A DNA stretch of 63,284 nt, filler included, from Stramenopiles sp. TOSAG23-3 (Eukaryota): NCBI GenBank assembly GCA_900128585.1. It is 8 parts of 8 records of this genome, joined end to end, with 100 filler letters (N's around TTAATTAATTAA, not from the genome) between each part and the next. Parts side by side here need not be neighbours in the genome. Positions count along the whole stretch, not along the records: positions 35,359 to 44,065 come from LT642991.1; positions 44,166 to 52,858 come from LT642992.1; positions 52,959 to 61,651 come from LT642993.1; 5 more parts are not named here. One strand, 5' to 3'. Each line of letters starts with the position of its first letter. Position 1 is the first letter of the stretch. The translations under genes and the position numbers were made by a program. The notes beneath the pieces were generated by a model. It was not told the origin of the DNA and made no database searches. It saw only the letters and a program-made list of their open reading frames with translations. Below are positions 42,400-53,854 of this stretch, one piece after another.

Positions 42400-42838
42400 C
42401 CCCTAAAACTATTCAAACAAAAATTAACCCCCCAGGCCTCCCGCCAACCAGCCCCCACGCCGAGCAATCCCTTTGTACCCGGCCCCCGTCTTTCCTCCCC
42501 AACTACGGCCCGCTCGCTCAGAGACCGATTCCAACCCTCTCTCCTCTTATCTAAACGGCCAAGCCAAAGTAAACCAAACTACTTTCCAATTCAAACCTGG
42601 GCTATCCTAATAGACTAAGGCATGCAACGAAAAATCACAATGCCGTTCGAAACTAAAAGGATAAAGAAAGAAAGAAACCTTTCCATCATTTAACAAATTA
42701 ATGACAAACACCCGCCCGTACATATATAATAAATTATTATATTATTGAAATATTATTATTATTATATATTAATAAAAAAATAATAGTAGTAAAAAATAAA
42801 CAACCAACCGTACTACCCCACCTGTATAATACCTCCTT

Positions 42839-42865
42839 TTCCTTCCTTCCTTCCTTCCTTCCTTC
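42839..42865. repeat. (TTCC)n microsatellite
   Basis: Perfect CCTT run. Confidence 0.85.
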
Positions 42866-43940
42866 TCTTCTTCTTCTTTCTTCATTTTTTTATAAAAAAA
42901 ATAATAATAAAATTAAAAAAAAATCATAAAAAATATTATTTTTAGATTATTATTTATTTATTGTAATTATAATAATAATAAGATAGGGTGAAATACAAAA
43001 TCAATACTCTCTTGACGACTATTTATTATAGGTACAGTTGGTATTAATATTTATACCAGGTACCTACCAACCTACCTGTACTGTAGGAAGACTGTAGGAA
43101 ATTTCCAAATTAATACTTTGAAGTCACTTCGCCTCGTACTGTACTGTTTAAATTATTAATAGTTTAAGCTTTGAGCTATTATTTATGTCATTTTATATAG
43201 TCCGTTCTAAGCTAATAGTATTTCGTTATATATTTTACATTTTAAGTCGTCTTTCATAGAGAAACTCACATTTATTAAGACTAGAACGACTATAATCTAA
43301 AATACGTACATATCCTATTTGTAATTGTACTTGTATAGCTTTCGGCTGACCTTTGTTTTTGATCTCTTTCTCTCTAACGAACGTTAGTCCTTTTTGTCAT
43401 ACTGTAGTAACAAGACAACACAAGACAAAACAAGACAAAACAAAGACGCCTAGCCATGATGGCCGCCTAGACGCCTGCCTACCTAGCCTAGCCTATTTGA
43501 ACTCTTAATGACAAATAAATACAAATGACAGCTGATTGGTGAATTTTATATGGACATGAGAATACTAAATTAAATAGGCAATATTGGCATGACGACTGTG
43601 CATTTTGTTTTTTATAGTAGTCAGGTAGGTATAAGATAATTGGTAGTTAGTTTTACGAGGAGTCGTATAATAGGTAGAAACGAATAAAGACTACTGTAGT
43701 AACTAGTAAAGAGCCTCTATATTTGAAATCAAATATTTATTTTATTATTTATATTATTTAATAATTAATATACAACACCACCTTATGATATCCAATGTAT
43801 TTAAAAGAAGAAAATAAAATCAGAAGAAGAAGAAATAAATGTACACTGTAGAAGGTAGAAGCTTGCATTTGAAGTAATTTTATTTAAATTTGTTTTTTAC
43901 ATGTTATAGGCAGAGTATAATATCTTTTTCAAAAACATCC

Positions 43941-44065
43941 ATTCTCTACTTCTTTTTTATAATTAAATGAATAATTAGACTATAAATATTAGTTCTATTA
44001 AAATCAAAATCAATTCTCTACTTCTTTTTTATAATTAAATGAATAATTAGACTATAAATATTAGT
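43941..44065. repeat. 53-bp direct repeat with 72-bp period at contig end
   Basis: 43941-43993 is identical to 44013-44065. Confidence 0.85.
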
Positions 44066-44165
44066 NNNNNNNNNNNNNNNNNNNNNNNNNNNNNNNNNNN
44101 NNNNNNNNNTTAATTAATTAANNNNNNNNNNNNNNNNNNNNNNNNNNNNNNNNNNNNNNNNNNNN

Positions 44166-45345
44166 ATCTGTAGGACCCGGTGATGCGGTGTGTGAACGCA
44201 CATGTGAAGCCTTCGTTGGATAGTCCTGTGGATTGGTTGAGCACGGGGTCTGGCAATTTGTAACCCTAACCCTGCCGCACTTTGTCCAAACTCGGTTGTG
44301 TCCTTATCCAGCTGGTTGACATCGAGGACTTGGAAGGGTGAGTGGTGCGCCATTAGGTATCGCAAGGGGAGTTTTGACACGGGGTACACGATTCCTTTCG
44401 CCCATAGTTTGCGGGTGGTGGATGCGCCGAGGGAATTCGCGTTTTGTTGCATGGTTAGAGTAAACGTGCGGAAGAAGCCCACCTTTGTCTCAAGGACTGC
44501 CCTGTTGAAGTCTCGCTGTAGGCGGCGCCGGCTTACCGGTAGATTGCATCCATAGCCAATGTTGCGCCAGTCAACCGGGTCGCGGGACGAGCCGGCTGCG
44601 AGGATGAGGACTAGGGCGGCGCCTGTGTTGAGGGCTTCCGGTGTTGCGGCGTCCCGTTCACTTAGCCCGCGTCTGGTGATAATGCCATCCTTTGTTTGTG
44701 TCAGGATCTGCGTTGTGATTTGGTCGCTGCTGGCCTGCGGGTCTAGCTTGGCATTCAGCTCGTCCTCGCTTATACCTTTCAATGCAGGATCGTCGTGTGA
44801 CACCTGTTCGTACATGAGTGAATTTGTTCCGAATACCATACTGTTGCCTGGCAGGTTGTTTTCCACGCGCCCATATTTTTAGAATTCAAAAAAAATCTAG
44901 TTCAGTTTATCTAAATTATAAAAAGGATATAAATGTTTCAATTGATGATTAAACCACTCAAGGTTAATTTGATGTTAAAATCATTCAGGTTAATTTTTCT
45001 AATATATCACATAACTTCTGAAATTGAAATTGATATAAAATGAGAGTCTTAAAGCATACTAATATAATTTTGTTTTCATAACGTATAACTTCTCTTCACC
45101 ATCGGAACAGAACCCACAAACGCATCGAACTTGGCGTGCTCGGCGTTGTACGGCCCCAGTGCACGGGGGATGGATGTAACAAGGTTCCCAATTGCCCTGG
45201 GGCGTTTGTCCTCATTTAGACATACAGCCAGTTTCTGGGTTCTGTTGCGGTTGTAAAGGTTCGGTGGGCGGTGGGTCAGTTGGTATCTCGTCCTGCTGGC
45301 GGGGGGCTTGAACTTCGCCGTCGTGTACTAGGGCATGGGCGCAAA
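44166..45345 (-). pseudogene. Degenerate GC-rich ORF remnant, possibly non-LTR retrotransposon-derived, interrupted by an AT-rich repeat at ~44876-45075
   Basis: Open frame 44866 to contig start. SLGASTTRKLWAKGIVYPVSKLPLRY loosely resembles the LINE post-RT region. A second GC-rich piece at 45076-45345 contains stops. Confidence 0.3.
44876..45075 (-). repeat. Short copy of the 1019-1550 repeat family (both ends retained, inverted)
   Basis: 44901-44918 and 45036-45061 match the two ends of 1019-1550 in reverse orientation. Confidence 0.65.
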
Positions 45346-46618
45346 CTAACTAATAAATAGGAAATAGTTTACACAATTTTCCTATAGCTGTGGGGGTCTC
45401 CTGAGTATCCATGAACTCACTCAACGGCTCTCATATAAATACTATCATGTAAATACCAGTAAACGTTCGTGTTTAAGGTGTAGCCCCCCATCAAGATATT
45501 GAAGATAACATTCCGATTAATTTAACACTACTGTATTTGGTAAAATTAAGTATGCCATTTTTTGGGGGGGAATATGATAGGAAAATTCTACCGCTAACAA
45601 GTACATCCAAGAAAACGCAGATTTGTTGACTGCTCAGGAAATATATATGGGTGTAATTGCAAGTCACTCAAAATATTCTTTATATGTATTACAATATTTC
45701 TATTTCAAACAGAACCTGTGTCTTAAAATTAATCAAAATCGTATACTTCAATGGGGCCTTGTTCGTACACAGTGATGGGCCATAAAAATTAGTATAGAGG
45801 CATGCAGCGGACGTCCAATGGCAAAGTTAAGAGTGTTCCATTTCTTTCAAAATCGCCGTTTAGCGGCGATTTCCCCAATTTTCAACACAACCATCAAGAG
45901 ACTCACAATCTAGAAGAGAGACGTATGGTCGCTGAATTATAGTAAAGTGTAATAAAATGTTGTCAAAGGCTTTTTTTTCGGGGGGCAATCTGGAGTGGTT
46001 GTTCGGGTTCCTGTTTCCCCAATTTAAAAATATAGCAATACGTATTAATTAAAATATAGAGGGGAATAAGAAGAGAAGAAGACGAGGTTCGAGAGGTTCG
46101 ATGTTTGGAAAAAGTACAATTCAAGGTCGGTCCTTATTGCGGTATTAATTTAAATTGTACACAATACATAAAATTATAGACACTAATATAATATTAATGT
46201 CATTATTCCAGGTACTACCGGAAACCAATAAAAACAACACTAGCAGTCAGTGTGAGGGCGAGGGCTCAATGAGAAGAAGAGGAATATTATAATAGACGAC
46301 GACTATTTATTAAATATACATTTTAATACAATAATACTAAGACGACTATTACCTGGAAACAAATGATGGGAAGCCGCCAAGCACACCACCACACTACTTC
46401 AAGCAATCTCTTTTAGAATAGTAAATTAACAACAGCAGTACGGGGCAGTAATGCCTCTTGCTGCGTAGAAACCTCATCAACTGCCAGGGCGGTTTCTATT
46501 TCCAGAGTCAGGCATAATATTTTGAGAATATCGGTGCGCGCTCACCAACGTAAACATATCAACTTTAACTAATGGGAAGCATACGTTTTTATTCACATCG
46601 CCAAGTCTATACAATACA

Positions 46619-48187
46619 ATGAGCAAAGAAGCGGGATCGAACCGTGCGAACGGTGCTAGTTCAGACTTCAATGAAATCTCAAAGTCGTTATTTGAGATGG
46701 ACAAAATTATCAACATGCTGTGGAAACGTAAGGGCGTTTCTCTTGATGATACAAACGTGGTAGGTTTACAGCTTAATCGCCTAGAGAGCAAATGCAACGA
46801 AGCACTTATGACTTTGCACAACGCGGAAAAGACAGCTGTGTTGCTGTCCGAAACAAGGTTTTCGCTTGTTTCCAAATACCGAGGTGCCACAGAAACCATT
46901 ATGGGCAAAATCGAAGTGTTGCGAAAAGATTTTATTAAGGCGCTTGTGTATTTTAAAGAGGCCCAAATCGACCTCATGAATGGACATTATCACAAAAAAG
47001 AAATCGAGGCTATAAAATTATACATGCAGGTTGCACCTAATTTTTTCAACCTCACGAAGGCTGCTCACAGGGCGAAGAATATTTCAACATTATGCAAACT
47101 GTGTGTCAGGGCAAAAAAGCTAGTTTCTTCCGGTGTTGATGTCCGTGTTTTAAAGCATAACTGCGCACTCCTTGATCGCGTAAAAAGCCATTTGTCTATA
47201 GAAATTGTTATCAGCGACGAGCAGACTGAAAGCATGTTTCCGTTATACAGTTGGGGAGTTCAAGTAAGCACCAGCAAGCAGATTACTTTGCCAAAGCAAG
47301 CGACATTAGTTTGTGATCATTTGGACAAAAGTACTGACAAAACAGAATTATTGCCTCTTTTCCCAAATCATGGGAAAATAGGAAACCTAATCAATGATGG
47401 TATACATCGCTCCGCTTTGGCATGTAGTAGTTTGGTTGCAAAGCCCTTTCTCGCAGAAGGCAATATAGAAAACTCTAGTTTTGAAGACAAAAATGCGTCA
47501 ACTGAAGAGAATAAAATAAGAAAACGGGTGAGTGAATTTTCGACCCGTTTCAGATCGAAGCGGGAAAACCAGGTTTCGAAGATGCACTCAAGAAAAGTAA
47601 AACCCCTCACGGAGAATGATGAAACAGGCATATTCTATTGGAAAGATACCGGCAAACAGCAAAATTTTACAGTTAGTTCGTTTAAGGATTGTCGCTCCTA
47701 CGGTATTCTTCTTGGGAATTTGGGTGAACATAACGTTGATATGTTTGTCGATATTTCTCCCATTGATTACGCCCGGTTTTCACTTGTCATCGAACAATCA
47801 GAGGCAGCAAAAGCATTGCTGATGATGAAACGGATCGGGCTGAAAAATACTGTAACAACTTATCGTTCTGAGAAAGCTTTGCTACTTTTCCGGGAGAACA
47901 CGACCAGTTTTCTTACTGAATTAGACTCTGTGCTGACATTTTCTCAATTAGAGTCGATGCGCAGGCATATTGCCCCAGGTGAATGCGATCGTAAAGAAGT
48001 CACACCCCAGTGTGATGTGCAGACTACAGGTGAAGGGGGAAATTACGGTAACCATGACGATGCGCGCGGTTCAAATGCCGAAGAATTCGGTCATTTTGGT
48101 ATGTGTTCTGGTATTCGGCCCACAAATCACGGCGAGGAAGTCATTTCCAATACCGAAGAAGAAACCTCAGGGTGCATTGTACAGTAA
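46619..48187 (+). CDS. Hypothetical protein, N-terminal coiled coil, C-terminal CaaX box (CIVQ)
   Basis: 522-aa ATG-initiated ORF ending GCIVQ*. Confidence 0.7.
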   Translation: MSKEAGSNRANGASSDFNEISKSLFEMDKIINMLWKRKGVSLDDTNVVGLQLNRLESKCNEALMTLHNAEKTAVLLSETRFSLVSKYRGATETIMGKIEVLRKDFIKALVYFKEAQIDLMNGHYHKKEIEAIKLYMQVAPNFFNLTKAAHRAKNISTLCKLCVRAKKLVSSGVDVRVLKHNCALLDRVKSHLSIEIVISDEQTESMFPLYSWGVQVSTSKQITLPKQATLVCDHLDKSTDKTELLPLFPNHGKIGNLINDGIHRSALACSSLVAKPFLAEGNIENSSFEDKNASTEENKIRKRVSEFSTRFRSKRENQVSKMHSRKVKPLTENDETGIFYWKDTGKQQNFTVSSFKDCRSYGILLGNLGEHNVDMFVDISPIDYARFSLVIEQSEAAKALLMMKRIGLKNTVTTYRSEKALLLFRENTTSFLTELDSVLTFSQLESMRRHIAPGECDRKEVTPQCDVQTTGEGGNYGNHDDARGSNAEEFGHFGMCSGIRPTNHGEEVISNTEEETSGCIVQ

Positions 48188-48225
48188 ATTAACTGATATG
48201 AATTTTATAACTTGTACATTAGTAG

Positions 48226-48405
48226 AAAACAAAAAATTGGCTGTTATTTTAAGTAATGATGAAAATTAATGTAATCCGAACTTATCTCTACGTAAACACT
48301 GCGAACTTACCTCTGGTATCTCAGCTCCTGTGATTTTACTAAAATCAATTTACTCTTGTCGCTTAGTCTTAACTATCATTCTCTGATGTGCTCCATATTT
48401 GATGG
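48226..48405 (+). repeat. Copy of the dispersed 3'-associated repeat family
   Basis: AAAAAATTGGCTGTTATTTTAAGTAA, CTGCGAACTTA, GTGATTTTACTAAAATCAA and CTTAACTATCATTCTC blocks are shared with the copies at 1322-1490 and 17461-17590. Confidence 0.75.
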
Positions 48406-48428
48406 TCGTCAGCCTGCCTTCGTGAAAT

Positions 48429-48696
48429 TAGGGATAGGATTTTAAGGGGCTAGGGGCAACGCCCCTATTTTTCTTGTCTCGAAACCAAAAAAGGGGCGGA
48501 ATCTTTNNNNNNNNNNNNNNNNNNNNNNNNNNNNNNNNNNNNNNNNNNNNNNNNNNNNNNNNNNNNNNNNNNNNNNNNNNNNNNNNNNNNNNNNNNNNNN
48601 NNNNNNNNNNNNNNNNNGTTCATAGCAGGTGATTAGCAAAGCCCCTTTTTTCGCCCCTTTTTTTTTGTTTTTGCGCCTCTTAAAATCCTTAGCCTA
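48429..48696. mobile_element. hAT-like TIR element (MITE or collapsed longer element) with 8-bp TSD CGTGAAAT
   Basis: TSD at 48421-48428 and 48697-48704. The 22-bp TIRs TAGGGATAGGATTTTAAGGGGC and revcomp TAGGCTAAGGATTTTAAGAGGC match 18/22. There are subterminal AAAAAAGGGGCG/CGCCCCTTTTTT inverted repeats and an internal N gap at 48507-48617. Confidence 0.8.
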
Positions 48697-49429
48697 CGTG
48701 AAATCGGAAAGGAGATGATGAAGAAGACGCCAATCAGTACTTTTAAAAATATCCTATTAATAGTTAGTATTCTTTTACGTATTTCAACTATGGTTGAATG
48801 GACACTATTTATATTAGAACAGCTCAATTTAATGAATCAATTCAATAATCAACAATTTTTAGGGGAAACGTGAGAAAATCATTATACAGGCAATGGGTAC
48901 TTGTATTATCTTTTAGAGATAAAGGACAGCAAGATCAAAACTTTTCTTCTTCTTACAATTGTAGTGTAGAGTATTTTACAAGTACGTAAACAAGCAAATA
49001 TTAAATAGGAAAATATGTTCGAAAATAACATCTCAAAACTATTACAGGTAATAGCATGCAAAATAAGAAGAATAACAAATATATTTAGGTTTTTTTCTTT
49101 CTTCCGATTTAAATGACTTCTACTCTAGACTCTAGACGTTCAAATCATTGCATTCAAATTTGTCCTTCCTCAGTACTATTCAATGAGCTAGGTGGCACAT
49201 TTGTCTCGTCTTCATTGACCGACCAGTACAACAACACCCCGCAACCAGTATAACTTTAATAATTCTGGGCATTTCGAAACTTGCAGAAGCTTTTCTCGCC
49301 TAACTAACATTTTCGCCCTAACCACATTTTCTTATTCCACGACGGTTTGAGGTACCCGTGGCATTACCTTGAGGGAAACAACGTGGGCACGAACGTGTTT
49401 GCCAAACAAACTGTTTTCAAGTCATTTAT

Positions 49430-51856
49430 ATGCGTTTTTTCCTTGGTGAATTAGAAGTGTACTTTCCGTACAGCAAAATTTATCCAGAACAATATGCTTA
49501 CATGAACCACTTAAAACAAGCACTAGATGTTGGTATTGGGAAGAAAAGGCACTGTTTACTGGAAATGCCCACTGGAACTGGGAAAACTGTTTGTCTGTTG
49601 TCGCTCATTACATCATATCAAGCTTCACACAGCAATAAAGTCGGGAAACTGATATATTGTACTCGCACTGTGCCCGAAATGACCAAATGCATCGAAGAGA
49701 TGAAGTTAGTAATAAATTACCGTCGTGCGCAAGATGCAAACCAATGTGCTAATACAATCGGTCTTTGCCTGAGTTCTCGGAAAAATATGTGCATTCACCC
49801 GCGTGTTTCCCTTGAAATTGATGGGGACTCTGTGGACGCTGCTTGTCGTTCACTGACAGCTCCATGGGCGAGAAAGAACAAAACTAGACCAACTGATCCT
49901 GGTGGTAGAGGTGATGCTGATACCTGTTGCAGCTTCTTTGAAAACATTTGTCGTACAGAAACAGACTATTTGCTTGATAGCGGGGTTTATACTTTAGAGA
50001 ACCTCCGAACTGTTGGGAAAGAAAAAGGCTTGTGTCCATATTTTATGGCTCGCCAAACAGTTGCAAGTGCCAATGTTCTTGTATTTAATTATCAGTATTT
50101 GTTAGATCCAAAAGTATCAACAATAGTATCGAAAGAACTGGCGAAAGACAGTATTGTAGTATTTGACGAAGCCCACAACATAGATAGCATTTGCACAGAA
50201 GCTTTAAGTGTGTATCTAGACAAAAGGCGATTAAAAGTTGCGTCAAAAAATATTAAGAAATTAAAAGATCGAATTAAGGAAGTTAAAGAAACAGATACAA
50301 AGAGACTGAACGAAGAGTATAATCGATTAGTTGAGGGGCTGTCTACAAGGAGTTCCACAGATAACTATGAATTTTCGCAAGGTTACGTTGAGGAAATTGC
50401 TGTGCCGGGGAATCCCGTCGAAGGGAACCCTATACCTGCGGTATTACCAAATGACATAATAAAAGAGTCGATGCCCCCAGCAATTCGCCGGGCAGACTTA
50501 TTTTTGAATTTCCTCAGCAGTATAATAAATTACTTTCGCCGAAGGATTCGATCTACAAAAAGTGTTGTTAAGGAAACTCCGGCAAAGTGTTTTCACCATT
50601 TGAACGAGAAAACCGGAATTTCAAAAAAATACTTAAAGTTTTCCCACGCTCGTCTGAAGTCTTTATTACACACTCTGAAAATAACGAATTTAAGGGAATT
50701 CAACCCTTTGACTCTTGTCGCCGATTTCGTGACCATCTTAGCAACGTTCGATCAAGGATTTGTATGTATTATAGAACCAAGAGATACAAAAATTGAGAAC
50801 AGTGATTGCATTTTGCAGCTATCATGCCTAGATGCTTCAATCGCAATGAAGCATGTCTTTGACCGGTTTCGATCGGTTATAATAACGTCTGGAACTCTGT
50901 CCCCACTTTCATTTTACCCTAAGGTTCTGGGATTTGACCCCGTAATAAGTCGAAGTTTCCCCATGTCGTCTTCGAGGAAGGTAATCTGTCCAATGGTTGT
51001 TACCCGGGGAGACGACAACAACCCCATTAGCTCTGCTTACAACAAACGTAATGACGCTAGTGTAATTTTCAATTATGGCAAATTGCTTGGTGGTTTGTGC
51101 AACAGTGTTCCAGATGGAATAGTCTGCTTCTTTACTAGTTATGCGTTTATGGAGAATGTGATTTTAAGTTGGAATGAACAAGGCATTCTTCAAGATATTC
51201 AACGAAAAAAATTAATATTCATAGAAACAAAAAATGTTGTTGAAACGACAATAGCTCTTCAAAACTTCAAATGCGCATGTGATCGTGGTCGCGGCGCTGT
51301 GTTTTTATCTATTGCACGTGGCAAAGTTGCTGAAGGGATTGATTTTGACCGCCAATATGGACGTTGTGTGATCATGTTTGGTATTCCTTTCCAATATACG
51401 AAAAGCCATTCACTTGAGTCTCGTCTAGAATTTTTGAGATCGGAGCATAACATTCAGGCTAGCGAATTCCTTTCATTTGATGCTTTGCGCCAGACTTCAC
51501 AATGCATAGGGCGTGTAGTGCGCAGTAAGACCGATTACGGAGTTGTGATTTTAGCTGATTGTCGTTACAATACTAAAGAAAAACGAGACAAACTGCCGCC
51601 TTGGGTTACAAGCTTTCTTGAGAAAGGTTATTTAAACCTTTCTACTTCCAATGCCATTCACTTATCTAAAAACTTTTTGGGCCAGTCATCTCAACCCATG
51701 AGCACATTGGAGTTGAACAAATCTTTATTGTCTGAATCTGATATCAGAAGTAAAGATATTGACATGCCATCCATTAGTGTAAGAAACTTATCTGGTTGTT
51801 TTGATTGGTCAAACTCTGTCCATGATTTAACCATTGAAGTGGCACGCTTGGATTAA
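49430..51856 (+). CDS. ERCC2: TFIIH Fe-S DNA helicase XPD (Rad3/ERCC2)
   Basis: VYFPY..IYPEQ, EMPTGTGKT, four Fe-S Cys, FDEAHNID, TSGTLSP, ARGKVAEGIDF and QCIGRVVRSKTDYG. Confidence 0.96.
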   Translation: MRFFLGELEVYFPYSKIYPEQYAYMNHLKQALDVGIGKKRHCLLEMPTGTGKTVCLLSLITSYQASHSNKVGKLIYCTRTVPEMTKCIEEMKLVINYRRAQDANQCANTIGLCLSSRKNMCIHPRVSLEIDGDSVDAACRSLTAPWARKNKTRPTDPGGRGDADTCCSFFENICRTETDYLLDSGVYTLENLRTVGKEKGLCPYFMARQTVASANVLVFNYQYLLDPKVSTIVSKELAKDSIVVFDEAHNIDSICTEALSVYLDKRRLKVASKNIKKLKDRIKEVKETDTKRLNEEYNRLVEGLSTRSSTDNYEFSQGYVEEIAVPGNPVEGNPIPAVLPNDIIKESMPPAIRRADLFLNFLSSIINYFRRRIRSTKSVVKETPAKCFHHLNEKTGISKKYLKFSHARLKSLLHTLKITNLREFNPLTLVADFVTILATFDQGFVCIIEPRDTKIENSDCILQLSCLDASIAMKHVFDRFRSVIITSGTLSPLSFYPKVLGFDPVISRSFPMSSSRKVICPMVVTRGDDNNPISSAYNKRNDASVIFNYGKLLGGLCNSVPDGIVCFFTSYAFMENVILSWNEQGILQDIQRKKLIFIETKNVVETTIALQNFKCACDRGRGAVFLSIARGKVAEGIDFDRQYGRCVIMFGIPFQYTKSHSLESRLEFLRSEHNIQASEFLSFDALRQTSQCIGRVVRSKTDYGVVILADCRYNTKEKRDKLPPWVTSFLEKGYLNLSTSNAIHLSKNFLGQSSQPMSTLELNKSLLSESDIRSKDIDMPSISVRNLSGCFDWSNSVHDLTIEVARLD

Positions 51857-52277
51857 AAGAACACAGATCAATAACCATTGTTTACCGGCAATTTGTTTCA
51901 CACTTGACACAGATTTCTACACGGAAACGAAGCATATTAGTGAACAGAGCTTGTCGTAGAGAAAAACTATAATGAAGTAATGACAGAATAAAACGATAAA
52001 TATTTTTTCTTGAATGGCGACCAGTATTTATTGATAGGCGAGGAATCTTACGCAGTTCTCGTCATGGTGTAATGTCCCTGGTAAAACACAATAAAACTCG
52101 GCCGGATTAGAAAAAGTTCCACACCCTATCGCATTACAGGGTTGAGAAATTTAATCATTTGTTGTTGCAGAAATCCCTATCATTAAGTACAAAAATGACG
52201 AACTTTTGGATGTCTTAAATTACTACTCTCTAATAAGTAGACCCCAATTTGTATAATTATTAATTAGGGGGTACATA

Positions 52278-52727
52278 ATGGACGTCCCGAGAGACGGACA
52301 CTGTCTATTCTTAGCATGCATCGAGGCAATGGCGCACAACCGCCTAAAACTCCCGCCCACATGTTTGTCGACACCACGAAAAGACCAACAGAGGAGGATG
52401 CGTGCGGCCCTGCATGCGCGAACGAATTTCTCACCGACCCGAAATATTCAATCTTGTACGGAGGTCTCTTTGGAGCATCTGTACTAAATAAAGGACAAAC
52501 TTTATTCCAAGACATGTGCAACAGAATCCAAGGGGTGAGTATGGACAGGAGAGTGAACTCGCACTAATAGCTTGCAAATACATATTTTTAGTATTCATGT
52601 TCTGGGGATTTGGGCGTGTGGAATGGAATATACCAGCATCATCAATTATTTGTATGGTAATATTCGCCATTACAATGGTTTCGTTTACATGTGTACGAAT
52701 TTATTACTACGCAATAAAATGTAATTT
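52278..52727 (+). pseudogene. Frameshifted OTU-family deubiquitinase/cysteine protease remnant
   Basis: DVPRDGHCLFLA (catalytic Cys motif) near 52281, GEYGQESELALIA near 52534 and YLYGNIRHYN (His at 52668) lie in order but cannot be read in one open frame. Confidence 0.65.
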
Positions 52728-53001
52728 TAACCGAGATGCATTTGAACATTTATATTTTGGTTCAGATTCAAAGTGTCCAGTGAATCGAGTTTATTTGATG
52801 TGTTTGACATGCGATAAACCACCAGCTGAAGAGAAACCCATGGTTGGAGTGAATGTGGNNNNNNNNNNNNNNNNNNNNNNNNNNNNNNNNNNNNNNNNNN
52901 NNTTAATTAATTAANNNNNNNNNNNNNNNNNNNNNNNNNNNNNNNNNNNNNNNNNNNNTTGCAAAATTAGATCAGGTTTACAAGATTGGGATAATCTTGA
53001 G

Positions 53002-53105
53002 AATTTAATTACTTAAATAACAGCCAATTTTCTTGTTCTTAAAAAACAATACTATATCTCACTAGTTTTTTTTAAAACCAAATTATATTCTAGTTTTTTT
53101 TTAAA
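53002..53105 (-). repeat. Copy of the dispersed 3'-associated repeat family
   Basis: The reverse complement reads ACAAGAAAATTGGCTGTTATTTAAGTAATTAAA, identical to the copy starting at 17454. Confidence 0.75.
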
Positions 53106-53128
53106 GAGTGTACTGGTACAACACCACC

Positions 53129-53854
53129 CTAATGTTCCTCTGCGAGGCTCAGATTTTTACTGCTGTAATACACAAACCCCTGGTGGTTGTACTTTTCATA
53201 TTTCCTCACTTTGTCTTCTTTCAATTGGTGATACTTTTTTCTCTGCTTGAGGGCAGAATTTTTGTAAATCCTTTGGGACGCCCTTATGGACTTACTAAGG
53301 GGTGAATTTCTAGGCCTAGGACTCATCTTTCTACGAGGGGTTATGCTGCCGTTGGTGTTTCTATGGTTTGAACGCCTGACTCGGACAGGACTAGCCATGG
53401 TTTGCTTCCGAATAACAGAAGAAGTGGCGGGACGTTTCATCGCGCCGATGGCCCGTGCTCTCGGCGAGTTCTGCCGTCGTTGCCTCGGAGAGAACTTGGA
53501 AGACGCTACATACGCCCGCTTCCGCGCAGGTGAACGTGTGTTGAGGCGCCTAGGCGACGGTTTTTTATTGCCCTGAAAGACACTCTCCGACGCCGTAGAT
53601 GGACGTCGCATCGTAATCGTCCTCGGCAACGGAGGTGGACGCGGGGGTGAAAATACGCTTGGGTTCCATTTGTGTTTATTTTCTAGCGCCAATGTATCCA
53701 AGCCTTCAATGAGCATGATATTCGTGTTTGTTTCCACATTAAATATATTTCGTTTCACATCTTCCAACGTCATTTCCTCACTATTCTCGGACAAATTTAG
53801 TATTTGCAAAATTCTATCCGCGATTGCTTCAGCAGACTCATCGAGTGACGCCAT
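53129..53854 (-). CDS. Hypothetical basic, SP/RP-rich protein
   Basis: 241-aa ATG ORF with coding-like GC content and repeated RPxT/SPR motifs. Confidence 0.65.
   Translation of the reverse strand: MASLDESAEAIADRILQILNLSENSEEMTLEDVKRNIFNVETNTNIMLIEGLDTLALENKHKWNPSVFSPPRPPPLPRTITMRRPSTASESVFQGNKKPSPRRLNTRSPARKRAYVASSKFSPRQRRQNSPRARAIGAMKRPATSSVIRKQTMASPVRVRRSNHRNTNGSITPRRKMSPRPRNSPLSKSIRASQRIYKNSALKQRKKYHQLKEDKVRKYEKYNHQGFVYYSSKNLSLAEEH

Noticed and set aside
41143-42618. Long antisense ORFs (also 1734-2765, 19537-20538, 22002-22670, 59899-60605)
   Set aside because: They are shadows of GC-rich or repetitive genes on the opposite strand and have no motifs of their own.
45850-45872. GC hairpin AAATCGCCG-TTTAG-CGGCGATTT as a Helitron end or terminator
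   Set aside because: There is no nearby CTRR terminus at the usual distance and no second copy in the window.
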